Source of the DNA: Negaprion brevirostris
Taxonomy: Eukaryota
Assembly (NCBI GenBank): GCA_030324005.1
Contig: JARDVH010000106.1
Coordinates: 72,167,458 to 72,231,457, forward strand
Direction of reading: 5' to 3'
DNA length: 64,000 bases
The notes under the pieces were generated by a model. That model ran no database searches. It saw nothing but the letters and a program-made list of their open reading frames with translations, and was not told the DNA's origin. This document shows positions 25,801 to 38,715 of this stretch, piece by piece. Position 1 is the first letter of the stretch; each line of letters opens with the position of its first letter. The position numbers were made by a program, and so were the translations under genes.

Positions 25801-25817
25801 TTTTTAATCTGCAGGTC

Positions 25818-26495
25818 CATAGAAAAATAGAAAATAGGTGCAGGAATAGGCCATTCGGCCCTTTAGCCTGCATCACAATTCAATACAATCATGAATTTTC
25901 AGTATCCCACTCCCACTTTCACTCTATATCTCTTGATCCTTTTAGCCACAAGGGCCATGTCCAGCTCCGTCTTGAACATATCTAACAAACTGGTCCCAAC
26001 AGCTTTCTGTGGTAGAGAATTCGACAGGTTTGCAACTGTTCTTCCTCATCTCAACCTTGAATGGCTTACCCTTACCTCTTATTCTTAGACTGTGACCCAT
26101 AGTTCTGCACCTCCCCTACACTGGGAACATTTTTCCCACATCTGGCCTATCAAGTCTCATCAGGATTTTATATGTTTCTATGAGGTCCCTTCTCATTCTT
26201 CTAAATTCCAGTGAGTACAAGCCTAGTCGATCCAGTTTTGCTTCATATGTCAGTCCAACCATTCCAGGAATCAGTCTGGTGAACCTTCGCTGGACTCGCT
26301 CAATAGCAAGAATATCCTTCCTCAGACTAGTAAACCAGACTGCACACAATACTTAATGTATGGCCTCACCAAGGCCCTGAAAAACTGCAGTAATAATTCC
26401 TATACTCAAATCCTCTCGCTTTGAAGGCCAGCATGCCATTAGCTTTCCTCACTTCCTGCTATAGCAGCATGCTAACCTTCAGTGACTATTCCACC
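25818..26495 (-). mobile_element. CR1 LINE 3' fragment
   Basis: LRKDILAIERVQRRFTRLIPGMVGLTYEAKLDRLGLYSLEFRRMRRDLIETYKIL. Confidence 0.92.
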
Positions 26496-26499
26496 ATGG

Positions 26500-26935
26500 T
26501 CATGTCGCACTTCCCTTGTCCATTCACTTGTTGTCCATATCTCATCAATAATTTCTTTCATTGTATCTCTGTTTCATCTGCTGCTTTCAGTATTTCTGCT
26601 GGAATCTGACCTTGTCCTTATGTCTTTCCACTCCTGATACTCGTTATAGTTTTTCCAGTCTCATATTTCAGTACCTCAGGCTCTCATTCTTCTTTTAATT
26701 TCCAATCTTTGTTGCTTTTCTTTTCAGATTCTTCTTCAGTTTCCTCTCATAATTTTCTCACCTGATCTTGTCCTTATCATATAACAGTTCTCCATTTTCG
26801 TCCTTGATACCTATTGCAGTTTACATACTTTTTCCAGCTTTGACAGTGACTACTGAGTAGACTTTCTTGGTGTCACCATTCATGAAAGCTTTCTCTGCTT
26901 GTTCAGCTCTTTTGCAGTTATTTTTGCCTTTTCCA
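26500..26935 (-). mobile_element. RTE-clade LINE fragment
   Basis: Minus strand GIKDENGELLYDKDKIR..EPEVLKYE..SIRSGKT*GQGQIPAEILKA, the RTE tether/RT entry (GK--G-D-IPAE-LK). Confidence 0.65.
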
Positions 26936-27295
26936 TAGAATACATAAAATCCCTACAGTATACAGAAAGATCATTTAGCCCATCAAATCTGCCCTGACTC
27001 TCTGAAAGGGCATCTTACCCAGGTCCTCCCCTCCACCCTATCCCTGTAACTCTGCCCATTTAGCATGCCTAATCCACCTAATCTACACATCTTTAGACAC
27101 CAAGGGGAAATTTAGTATGGGCAATTCACTTAACCTGCACATCATTGGACTGTGGGAGGAAACTGGAGCATCTGGAGGAAAGCCACATAGGCACAGGGAG
27201 AACGTGCAGACCCCAAACAGTAACCCAAGACTGGAATCAAACCCAGCTTCCTGGTGCTGTAAGGCAGCAGAGCTAACCACTGTGCCAACATGCTG
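26935..27295 (-). mobile_element. HE1-type V-SINE (tRNA-derived head, CR1-like tail)
   Basis: GGCACAGTGGTTAGC A-box, GGTTTGATTCC B-box, V-domain TCTCCCTGTG..GCTCCAGTTTCCTCCCACAGTCCAA..GTGCAGGTTA, CR1-like tail. Confidence 0.85.
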
Positions 27296-28719
27296 CTCTT
27301 ATACAGGTTTTCTTCACGCATCAGCACACAATTTGAGGTATTCTCTGCTTTGTACACAACTGGTCTTTGCATGTCTTTTTTCTGCTAGGTTAAACATTTC
27401 TTTGTGAAGGGCAATATAAGAAGCTAAGTTGGTGTATTTATTGTTAAAAAGGGTGTCACAGTGCTGTGCCAGTAGCCTCAAAATACACTAGGTCACAGTA
27501 TGGTCAATGTGTGAACTGTAGTACAAGTCACAGTAGTGTAATATGTTGGTCTGCTTTGTGACTTGCTGGATGATGAACCCAGTTGATAATTTTTAAGTTA
27601 TTGTCTGATGTATGTGTTGTAAGGTTTTGAATGGATTGATCAATAATGACTGGGCTGTGGTATAAATCAATGTATTAAATGTCAGTCAATCATCAGTACC
27701 CTATCTGTTATGCTACTCAACATCTGTTATGCCTTACAATTTGTTCTGTGCTTCACTGAATCATCCACAACGCCTCCAGCTGCTGTAGGACCTGATAGAT
27801 TATATTCTCCCTCGTGTACGAAATGGTCTCTAATACAGTAAGTACATCAACGCTGTTGGTCCTTTCAACTGAACACATGTAAGAGTTAATCCCATTCCTT
27901 TGGGTGCTGCTACGGAGAAGTGTGTTGATGATAACTAGGAATAGGCCAGGGATGAAGGGTTTGTGGGCATGGGTGGAAATTTGGAAGAACTGAGCATGGG
28001 TCTGAGAGTGAAGCTCGAGTGTTCCAGCCTGATTGCTGGGCTGTGATTCTTCCTAACAATGTTTGGAGTCTTACAAAGTGACCTGAATGATGTGAGGTGA
28101 GAATCAAAGTAGTAAGGAAGAGAGGTTAGAAAGAGGTAGTTGTAAGTGAAGAAGTGGAGATTGGAGTTGTCCTAATTTCTTGGAGTAGTTTCTGAGTTGC
28201 AGAGGAAGTGGTAACATTGGATAGAGTAGCAGGTGCCCATTTTAGCTGTCACCAGCTGAGCTTCCAGTCTTGAATTCAATGGCACACTGATATACCAGGC
28301 CATGAAGATGGTGGTAGACAACCTTGGACATCATAGAGATGTAAGTACTGACATAATGCTGGAAGTGGGAGCGAGTGAACCATATACTTCACCTTCCACC
28401 TCCCTTAACTTGCCATTAAGCCTAAAGTCCGGCCCATATTTTTTAAACATCTTATGGCTTCTCTCCTGGGAGTTCAAGGAGAGATTAAACTTTAATTCAT
28501 GCTGACTTTCGGGTTATCCTGGTGTGTTGGCAACTTGCCAGAAGGTGATTTTAATAGAGATTTTGGTGTAACTACATATGTTTGATAATTTAACACTGAG
28601 GCAGGATTCACACTCGGTTTGGCACAACGGCTGGGCCAGACTTTAGGCAGCATCAGCAGATGGCACAGAGTATTGTGTTAGGGGGTAAATGAATACACTG
28701 CCAGTGTTTTTGATTAAGA

Positions 28720-29085
28720 TTATGCAACGATTTAATAGAGACATTCAAACGATGAAGGGTTTTGGTAGAACGAATACTCTAGGGAGAAAATGTTTCTAGC
28801 GGCAGGGGGGTTGGTAACCTGAGGTCAAAATAATTGTCAGAGAATGGAGAGATGAGAAAAGAAATGGTTAAGCAGCGAGTCCTCATGATCTAGAATGTAT
28901 AGTCTGAAGGGTGGAAGCCGATGCAATAATTACTTTCAAAAAAGGAATTGGATAACCAGTTGAAATGGGAAGATTTTCAGGACCATGAGGAAAGAGCACA
29001 GACAAATCAGAAAGCTCTTTCAAAGAGCCTGCAGAGATATGATGGGCCAAATGAACCTTTTCAGTATCATTCTATGATCTATCTA
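28720..29085 (+). mobile_element. Decayed CR1 3' fragment
   Basis: Eroded DLIE-FK-MKGF..KKELD.., then 3'UTR GATGGGCCAAATG..TTCTATGAT. Confidence 0.6.
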
Positions 29086-29669
29086 TAATGGTCCCTGAGG
29101 TCATTATGAAGTGCAAAAGAACTCTAGTCTGTTTTGAACGTGGGTTAGCATTGTTGCGATGTTATTGTGTATATCTGTTTTATAGTTAGTATCATTTAAG
29201 GCCGAACACCTCAAACTCTGATTCTGCAACATCAGTAGCTCTATAGGTGGCATGGTGCCTGCATTACTTTGAACCAATATGGGTTAATCATGTATCGCAA
29301 TCTCTGCACCAGTTAACAGGTCATACTGAATTTTAAATCTTAACTTGTTATTTACTATGACAGCTGATCACACTGTTAACTGACTTTTAGGTATCTGGTA
29401 AAATGTGACACACAACTCCAGAAAGTTGGTGCTTATTATTCTTTGACTTTTACTTGATGGGATAAAGGATTATTCTTCCATGGTTGATTTCCCAGATCAA
29501 CAATGCTGCGCCCAAGTTTAATCAGTTCAGTATTCAGACTTCCTAAATCATGTGCCATGTTCCACCAGTCCGTGGTGCCCAGCAATGAAACAAAGTGCAG
29601 TCTGGTGTTAATGATTATTTCAGTACAATTAGTAGGCTCTTCTGGTGGGTTGAACATGTAACAACAACT

Positions 29670-30440
29670 TGAAGTTAAATAGCACTTCTAACATTTTGGA
29701 AATATCAAAGGGTGCTGAACAAAAGTGGGCTGAATAAGAGATTTCAACACCAAATCAACGAAGAAAATATGAGGACAGAGACTGGGCTAAACGTTAGGTT
29801 ATGAGGGGCATCTTAAAGAAAGTAGAGGAATGGAGAGGTTTCGGGAAGCAATTTCATAGCTTAGGTTCAGGGCAGATGAATGTACAGCCTGCAACGGTGG
29901 AGTGATTAAAAGGTGTGAGATGCAATATGCCAGAGGAGTGCAGAGATCCTGAAAGTTTTGAAGGCATTGTTACAGAGGACAGGAGGGGCATGGTCATGAA
30001 TGAACATGAACACAAGGATTGGGGATTTAGAACTGAGCTGTTATCAGATTGGGAATGTGTAAGTGAGGTAGGATTTTGACAGCAAAGCCAATTTTACAGA
30101 GGGTAGCAAATGGAGGACCAGTTAAAAGTGACATTGGAATTATCAAGACTGGAGATAACAAAGGCATGGATGAGGCTTTCAGCAGCAGCTGAACTGAGGC
30201 AAGGTCAGGACTGCAGGATGTTAGAGGATAAAATAGGCAGTTTTAGTGATGGTATGAATGTGTGGTCAGAAGCTCACCATGAGATCAAATGCGACACCAA
30301 GTTTGCCAAGAATTTGGCTTTGATTTCATACAGTTGCCAGAAGAGGGACAGAAACTGTAGCTGGGAAACAGTTTGTAGCCAGGACCAAAGGCAATGGCTT
30401 TAGCTGGAGGAATGTTTTGCTCATCCAGTAATCTGACAAT
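29670..30440 (-). mobile_element. L2 LINE relic
   Basis: Plus-strand text GGAGAGGTTT..GGCAGATGAA..TCAAGACTGGAGATAACAAAGGCATGGATGAGG is antisense L2 ORF2 (LIHAFVISSLD). Confidence 0.65.
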
Positions 30441-30859
30441 ATAGGGTCACTGGAAATTCCTGACGTTTGTCGATCTGAAATGAGTGAGATGGGACTCAGG
30501 ATTCAAAGCTACACGGTGATAACATTAATGGGGCCTGATTTTAACACTGCACATGCAACTTCGAATATGCTAAAACCAAAGCAAATGTAGGGGCTCTGTT
30601 TGCTCAAGAATGACCTCCCCCGTATGGAATAAAGCTTGTCTCCTCTCAGCATTCTCTTAGTTCGAGTGTATTACTGCGTATTTTGTGCTATTTTGTCATA
30701 TGAACAAAGAATTGGTCTCCAGATGTCATGAGATCTGAAGGAGCATGGGCATATGGACAGCTTGGCCAGCTTGTGCATCAATAAACATCATGTAGCTTGG
30801 TTGTTCCAAATTGATATTTAACATGTGATCCCTATGAAGGTGTTAGTCTGCCAAGGCGT

Positions 30860-31140
30860 TTATCCTCATGTTCAAATCCCTTATGACCTTGTCCCTCCCA
30901 ATTCCTATGATCCCCTCAAGCCCTACAAACCTTAGAGATCTCTTCTTCCTCCAATTCTGGCCTCTTGCACATTCTCAATTTTTATTGCTCCACTATTGGA
31001 TCTGCACCTTCAACTACTCAGGTTCAGATCTCTGGAATTCTATCCCGAAACCTATTCTCTTCTCGTTTCTTAAAATTTAGCTCTTTGACCAAGCCGTAGT
31101 CATCTGTCCTCATATTTCCTTGTTCACCTTGGTATTCAGG
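30860..31140 (+). mobile_element. L2 3' fragment
   Basis: LMFKSL..PP..L-SSNSGLL..SGSDLWNSIPKP; same family as 15200-15370. Confidence 0.6.
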
Positions 31141-31159
31141 TTTGTTTGATAGTATTCTT

Positions 31160-31540
31160 CTGAAACAAGAAGCAGGAGTAGGCCATTCGAGCCTCTGAGC
31201 CTGCTCCACCATTCATTATCCTGATCACCCCTTCTTCCTTGATCCCTTTAGTCCCAAGATCTATGTCTAATTTCTTCTTGAAATCACGCAATGTTTTGGC
31301 CTCAACTACTTTGTGGTATTGAATTCCACACATTCACTACTCTCTAGGTGAAGAAATTTCTCCTCACCACAGTTCCAAAGGTTTTATCTCTTATCGTCAA
31401 ACTATGACCCCCAGTTGTGGACTTCCCCACCGGGAGTCTTTATGAATCTACCCTGTCTAACTCTGTTTCTATGCGATCCTCTCTCATTCTTCTCAACTCC
31501 AATGAATACAATCCTAACCGACTTAGTCTCTCCTCATATG
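31160..31540 (-). mobile_element. CR1 3' fragment
   Basis: VVEAKTLRDFKKKLDIDLGTKGIK plus the CR1 3'UTR. Confidence 0.8.
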
Positions 31541-31679
31541 CCATCTGTGAAATAGGTATTAAAGGAACTCACCAAGCCTTCCCAGACAGCATCTTTCAAA
31601 TCCATAACCACTACCATCTAGAAGGACAAGGGCAGCAGATAGTTGGGAACACCACCTGGAAAGTCCCAATTCCAGCCTT

Positions 31680-31960
31680 GAATAACTCTGTGTGGAGTTT
31701 GAACGTACTCCCCGTGTCTGTGTGTGTTTCCTCCAAGTGCTCTGGTGTCCTGCCACAGACCAAAGATGTGCAGGTTAGGTGGACTGGACGTGCCAAATTG
31801 TCCTTTAGTGTACCAAGATGTGTAGGTTAGATGGATTAGTCACGGTAAATATGTGGGGTTATAGGGATACAGCAGGGGGAGGGCTTGGTTGGGATGCTCT
31901 GTCAGAGTCAATACCAACTTCTGCACTGTAAGGATTCACTGATTCTATTCTATGATTCAA
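31680..31960 (+). mobile_element. HE1-type V-SINE, head truncated
   Basis: TGTGTGGAGTTTG..CTCCCCGTGTCTG..AAAGATGTGCAGGTTAGGTGGA..tail GATTCTATTCTATGATTC. Confidence 0.8.
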
Positions 31961-33399
31961 ATAAAAGCTGTGGGAACCTGCAGAGGTCCCGAATATGCCT
32001 TATTGAGGTATCTGTGGAATATTGTGTGTTCCAGTGCTACTCTAGTTCCCTCACTCACCCCTTCCCCTGCACTTTAATGGCTGTTTTGTTGCTGTTTCCT
32101 GCTCTCACCTGGGGCTGCAAAATGTCATCAACTTTGCTTTCAATCTCCAGCCTTTCCGCACCTTTGCATGGTCCACCTCTAACTCTTCCCTTCCTCAACT
32201 CTATTTCTGGGGATAGACTATTGACTATTATCAACTATAAGCCACTGAAGATATCACACGACGATATCAAGACGATATTCTTCTCCCAGTTTCATAGTTA
32301 CTGTTGTAGCTGACAATGCCACCATCCATACCTTCTGATATGTCTGAACACTCTGGCCCCATTATGTTTGGTGTTTATTAGTTTTGCTTTTGGATAGCAG
32401 AATTTTTCCATGATTTAGCATTTTCCCCCACACATCTCTTCTCAACAATTCACTTGTTTCTTTTCTTGTTCCGTTATCACTCCCTTTTCCTTGCACCATC
32501 ATCCTTTTTGATCTCTCCTGCCTTCCGCCTAATCACAGACACTGGGCGCAATCTTACCTGCCCTTTCCGCCATGCTTCCACTGCAGTGAGGTTACAGAAT
32601 TTGGTGGGCAGCCAAATCTGTTCACTGCAGCAGGATGGGAAAATCCGACTTGCATGAACAGTGCTAAGATTCCAGGCCTTGCTTTTTGTTCTGCGCCTCC
32701 CCCTCCTATACTTCGTTTTAACCTGTTGCATCTCTAACTTAAGTTCCCCTCTCCACAGATGCTACTGAAGATTTCCAAAGTTTTCTGTATGTCATCACAG
32801 GAACCTTGAGTTACAGAAGCCTCTTGCAGATCTTCTCATTTTGAAAGCCTACACTCCAGGTGTGTAAGTACAAATCATTTCTAGAGAATATTCAGTATGA
32901 ACTATGTCTAACCATCTGTGTGAACAGTTTATCATCTGGCTCTGAGGAGTGTTTTACCTTTGTGTGACAGTAAGGATTACTGATTCTATCATACGTAATG
33001 TTTCCTAATTTATAACAGTGACTACACTTCGAAAGTGCTTCATTGACTATAGTGAGCTCTGAGGCAGCTTGAAATTATGAAAGATGCAGAATAAAATCAA
33101 GATCATTCGTTTATCCTATTTGTATATTTGTCAGTTTATTATCGACTTGGGTCTTGTAATGCGGAAAAAATTCAAACAATGTGAAAACACCTATTGTGCA
33201 CAAGGGTAGCCAGCTTGTTAGAAATCAAGATTGAGAGATGGTAAAATAATCTACTTTATATTAAATTCCATTACATATATGTTATTGTTAAAAACATAAA
33301 GTCTAACGTATCTGCAAAGCTGTCAAGATATAAAATAGCCCTGGGTGGTTCTCACTTACTGCTGGATACTTCCATTTCTCGACATATACATAGATCGAG

Positions 33400-33720
33400 T
33401 ACTTTTACGTTGGTTGAAAATTTCCGGCCTTTCCCTCCGGTGAATTGTCCGTTGTTGTTGGCTTCGACCGCACAGCTGCGCGCTCCTGGAGCGTGCGGAT
33501 ATCGGGAAACCCCGTGGACAACGGCGGGAAGGCCGGTAAATGGCGGCCCGCCTCCGCCGCAAAACACGCCATGGGCGGGGGAGGGGATGGAAATTCGCGC
33601 CTTTTTTGTGGTGGGAAGATCCTGTGGAGAACATTTCAGTCTTTGGTAAACTTCGGCCCGAACTAAAAGTCAGACCGCTGTAACGTGAGGCGGGAAGCAA
33701 TTGGAAGGCCCGAGACTGAA
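33400..33720. promoter_or_regulatory. CpG island / candidate bidirectional promoter
   Basis: The only dense non-repeat CpG cluster in an otherwise CpG-depleted window. It holds a GC box (GGGCGGGG, ~33573), a YY1-like AAATGGCGG (~33538) and E2F-like GGCGGGAA (~33523, ~33689) and TTCGCGCC (~33594). Outward-facing donors are GTAAGT (minus, 33359) and GTGAGT (plus, ~33790). Confidence 0.7.
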
Positions 33721-34639
33721 CCCTGAGCCTAACTGATTGAAATCACTTGACCTCCCACGATGAAGACCTCTGTAATTGTAGTGTTGACCGTGAGTTTGTT
33801 CATTTAATCCCCCAGATTGACTCTTTTCTGAATTAATTGATAATACATAGACAGAACAGTAGCATTTGTCTACATCTTATAACATAATTGCATATTAGAG
33901 TGAATGATATAAGGCAGTATTAGTGGGAATGTGTCTCAGTTGGTGCAGGTACAATTTATGTTTCAGATTTTAAAAGTTCTTTTCTGACAAGGCCTGCATT
34001 TGTTGCCCATCCCTAATTCCCCTTGAGATTTGTGGTACTCTGTATTTGGAGGCTGTTAATGTTAATATGTAATTATTATATACAATATAATGCTGAAGTG
34101 TGTTGGCTTGATTTAAGCCATTAAAATCTATACAGATGAAGTAGGGTATCTATGCTTCACTGACACCTTCAACAGTACCTCCTTATTCTGCAAGCATTAC
34201 CAGCTAGAAGGGCAAGGGCAACAGACAGATGGAAACACCATCATTTTTAAGTTCCCCTGTGTGCCAGACATCATTGGAAATATATCACTCCTGTGAATGA
34301 ATTAAAACTAAAATTCTAACTCAGAGGGATGTGTACTGCCACTGAGCCAAGCCTGAGGATAGTTGGGATTGAGTGGCTCATTGTCCTGAGGAACTGGGGG
34401 ATACACGTGCAAAGTGGTGGACATATGCACAATTGTGACTTCTACCCGATGCCAGCACAGCCACGTGAACCCCAAAGAGGAAGTGTGGAGTGAATCAGTT
34501 CACAAGCTAAACTGGCTGCCTCGAGATAGACAATAACTAACTAGAAATTCAGTAGAGTCCCTGACTCTACAATCCTGACAATAGCTTATAAACCACTTAG
34601 AACTGTTTTCTGAACTGATTCATTGACTTCACTCATTCA

Positions 34640-35092
34640 TGCCCACACAAAAAGAAGGAACTTTCTACGCTTCACCTTTCATGGCCACAGGATGTCACTT
34701 TCTGACTAGTTAAATATTTTGTAAGTGTATTCACTCTTGGAATGTAGGAAACTTGGTAGCAAATGGGCACATGGCAAGCTCCCACAAGCAACAATGTGAT
34801 AATGGAAAGTACTCTGGTTTTGTGATGTTAGTTGAGGGAGAAACATTGACCATGATACCAGGGAAAACATCCTTGTTTTTCTTCAACTGCCTTACTGCAA
34901 TCTTTGGCATCCACCTGAAATGGCAGATGGAGCTTCAGTTTAATGTCTTGTCCAAAAGGTAGCACCTCTGATAAGGCAGCATTCCTAAACAACTGCACTG
35001 ATGTCTACCTAGACTGTGCACTGACAAGTCAATAGAGAGGTCTTTGATTCCACAATCTTCTGAGTCACAGTAAGTGTTACCAACTGAGCCTC
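34640..35092 (-). mobile_element. DeuSINE/SacSINE1-like SINE, near full length
   Basis: Minus strand GGCTCAGTTGGTAACAC..TCAGAAGATTGTGG head, Deu domain (TTTGGACAAGACATTAAACTG..CAGGTGGATG), L2-like tail. Confidence 0.7.
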
Positions 35093-36389
35093 ATCTCTTA
35101 ATTTCTCTCCAACTCAATGGGGCAGCTAAGGTTAATGGTCTAAGCTACTTTACTCAATGTGCCTCCTGTGCAGAATAAACCAGACGATTAAAAAAAGTCA
35201 ATTTTTTTTAAGCAGCTACACTGGTTACTTTTCACAGTACATCTTCCTTTATTGGCAACTATCACGTGAGAATAAAAAAATGTTGTTCTTACAGCTGTTC
35301 CATGATTGCATTATTCATTATTGGTTGCTGCCAAAAAACTCCTTCGCAATCACATACAAGATGACTCGGCCCAGTTTTAATAAGATAATAAATCATTGGC
35401 ACAATGCTCCAAACATGGTTTTCCAATGTCCTATGGAATGTTTGTGTAATCTCCTTCTGTTCATTGATCTTGTTATATTTCTTAACATTGTGCTTATGCA
35501 GGTAGATGGCGTCATGGAATAGTGACACTCTTCCATTTACTTACCAAACACATCTACATTTTACCTTCCTGTCGCACTTTACATAATGAGAATGATACAT
35601 CCTTCAGTGTCTGTATCTTGAGAACTGAAGTCTATAAGCATACATTTTACAATGCTAAATGCAATTTGCCAATCATCTGACAACTTGTCAAGTGTTGATC
35701 ACTTTGCAATAGATGATAGTCCTTGAGGTAACCACCTGGGAAGATTAGACATTTTTACCACAGTAACTTTTACCAAATTAAATAAAGTTAAAAACAGTGC
35801 GTGTCCCCGGAGAACTCTGTTCGTTACTGTCATCCTTCTTGAAAATCCCTCCCAATTTCTTACCATCCAGACAACATAATTTACAACCCACATTGTGGGC
35901 TACAAGTTTTGATTTTATCCAAGCTGTGTTCGCTGTGAGATATTATCAACTGGTTTCTGAAACCCATTGCAAACATAGTCATGGTGGCACAGTGGGTTTG
36001 CACATTGTTCTTTTACCTCAGGGTTCAAAAGACCGACAGGGTGAATGTGTGGTGTTGTCTCATAGGAAAATAAGTTAGTTGCTAATTTTGATGAAGAGAG
36101 AATTGCTAATCCATTTTATTTATGCTATGGTGAAAGGAGGAAAATGGATATAAAAACTTCAATATTTCTCAAAGCTGGAACCATGATTGGTAGCAAGTGG
36201 GCAAATTTGAAAATTAATTAACAGAATATTCAGAGCACTGCGAATTGGGAGGTTTGACTTTTGTATGAGTTACTCCAGTTCACAGACCATTTAGCAGAAT
36301 TACACTGGGCCTAGTTGCTCCAGTTACTATAGTTAAAACAAGGTGAGGGAGAGCAATTTAAAAGAAGGAATACAAAAATGCTTAACCAT

Positions 36390-36950
36390 ACAATTGCTGC
36401 TTTTGAAAACACAAGTTAACATCAGTTAGGTCACAGCTGGAATATTGTTTTGAATTCTGGTCAGCATACTTTCATCCAAAGGTTTTATGAGGGTGCAGAA
36501 GAGATTTACTGAAATGGTGTCAGGGATAAGGGAATTACCTGGTTGTGTGGTGTGTGGACAGTTGATAGAAATAGTTTGTTCTCCTTGTAATCAAGAAAGT
36601 TGAGAGATCCAAAAGAAAAGCTTGAAAAGTTTGGTTTGGCTAAATAAACAGAAACTGTTCCCACTGGCAGGAGGATCAGTCACTAGCCAACGCAGAATTG
36701 AGGTAATTGGATAAAGAACCAGAGGTGCCATAAGGAAAAATAAATGTATGTACCCAGCTTTGATGACCTGGAAGGGCACCAGAGGAAAATCAATGTTTCA
36801 AAAGGGAATTTGATGAAAATTGAAAAGAAAAAAATGCAGGCCTATGAAGAAAGTTCCACTCCCCTGCACTAAGTGAATAATTCTTTCAAAGAGCTAGCAT
36901 AGACATGGGGCTGAATGGTCTCAAGTACAGGACCATTTTATGATTCAGTG
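36390..36950 (+). mobile_element. Decayed CR1 3' fragment
   Basis: VRSQLEYCFEFWS..VQKRFTEMVSG.., then the 3'UTR. Confidence 0.7.
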
Positions 36951-37659
36951 ATAGTCATCATTATTTTAATAAAGGCGTGAACCAGTTTGAGGTAAACAAA
37001 TTTGTTCTGTGTTTTAATACCTTGTGCAAATTAGTGTGTAAACAAACACACAAATACAATAAAAATCGTAATGCAGACATAAAGATAATTGACTCAAAAC
37101 AAATGTAGGCTAGGATAAGGTAAAGACTAAACTTAAAAAACTAGGATAACTAAATCAGTTTCAAAAATTGTGTAATTTTTCCAGTGGTGCCCATTGGGCT
37201 GTGACCTGGTAATCTGTGGGCGTATTTTCATTTTCTCCTGGCTGAGTAAGTAGCAATTTGTTCTTTTTTTAAAAATAAAATCTATCTACCTAATGTAGCT
37301 ATTAATAAACAAGCAAAGAAAACTAATCAAGGGATGGATGGGAAGGCAGTATTTGGGATTTCTGTCTCAGATTGAAACACCTGCAGCTTATGTCTCTGCC
37401 TTGAGTCGCTGCAGTTCACACTTTGAGCAGGAGTGTGTGTTACAACACTGAAGCATAAGGGAGCAGGAGGAATCGTTGGATAGTTTTAGCCAGAACACAG
37501 TCACATCATGGAGGAAAACACACGTTCAAGGCATGGATCTTGTGACTGTCAGAGATGGAGAGAAGGTTGGGAAGAAGGTCTGTGGGTACTGGTCCTGTCC
37601 AACGGGTACAACGTACTTACTACTTGTGAGGACAAAGAGAAGCCTGTCCAAGGTGAGAA

Positions 37660-38715
37660 TGATGTGGAGATGACCCGGAATGGAGAAGTTACGACATCTT
37701 CTCCGGAGTCTTCAACACGTCATTGAGGAAGACGAACATCTCGCCAGGGCCATTCCCACACCCCCACTTCTTGCCTTCAAACAACCGCACAACCTCAAAC
37801 AGACGATTGTCTGCAGCAAACTATCCAGCTTTCAGGAGAACAGTGACCACGACACCACACAACCCTGCCACTGCAACCTCTGCAAGACCTGTCGGGTCAT
37901 CAAAATGGATGACACCATCTCACATGAGAACACCATCCACCAGGTACACGGCACATGCTTTTGCAACTCAGCCAATGTTGTCTACTTAATACGCTGCAGG
38001 ACAGAATGTCCTAAAGCATGGTACATTAGGGAGACCATGCAGACGCTACGACAACGAATGAATGAACACCGCTTGACAATCACCAGGCAAGATTGTTCTC
38101 TCCCTGTTGGGGAACACTTCAGCAGTCACAGGCATTTGGCCTCTGATCTTCGGGTAAATGTTCTCCAAGGCAGCCTTCACGACACACGACAGCGCAGAGT
38201 TGCGGAGCAGAGACTGATAGCCAAGTTCCGCACACATGAGGACGGCCTCAACGGGATCTTGAGTTCCTGTCACACTATCTGTGACCCCCATGACTTGCCT
38301 GGACTTGCAACATCTCACTTACTGTCTTGTCTGGAGACAATACACATCTCTTTAACCTGTGCTTAATGCTATCTCCACTCACATTGTCTGCACCTTTAAG
38401 ACTTNNNNNNNNNNNNNNNNNNNNNNNNNNNNNNNNNNNNNNNNNNNNNNNNNNNNNNNNNNNNNNNNNNNNNNNNNNNNNNNNNNNNNNNNNNNNNNNN
38501 NNNNACTCACATTGTCTGCACCTTTAAGACTTGAATATCAGATTGGCTGAAAAGACTCACATTCTAATCAGTATTCTGTAAACTGTGTGTACCTTTTTAT
38601 ATGCCCTGTTTCTGGTCAGAACTTTCCACTCACCTGACGAAGAAACAGCATCCTGAAAGCTTGTGGCGCTTACTATCAAATAAACCTATTGAACTTTAAC
38701 CTGGTGCTGTGAGAA
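37660..38715 (+). mobile_element. Penelope-like element, 5'-truncated: RT thumb, GIY-YIG endonuclease and pLTR
   Basis: ORF 37680-38366: PLLAFKQPHNLKQTIV..CNLCKTC..CNSANVVYLIRC..WYIRETMQTLRQRMNEHR..VGEHFS..EQRLIAKFRTHEDGLN. Confidence 0.92.
38631..38665 (+). ncRNA. Minimal hammerhead ribozyme motif in the Penelope pLTR (stem II decayed)
   Basis: CAC-CTGACGA-[agaaacagcatcct]-GAA-AGCT-T-GTG. Confidence 0.55.

Noticed and set aside
26935-27295. A/B boxes as true tRNA genes (also at 46800 and 61110)
   Set aside because: They continue into a V-domain and a LINE-derived tail, so they are SINE heads.
35157-35528. Overlapping 121-aa and 79-aa ORFs just downstream of the CpG island
   Set aside because: AT-rich, with no recognisable domain and only a weak donor. 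Cannot be supported as a CDS.
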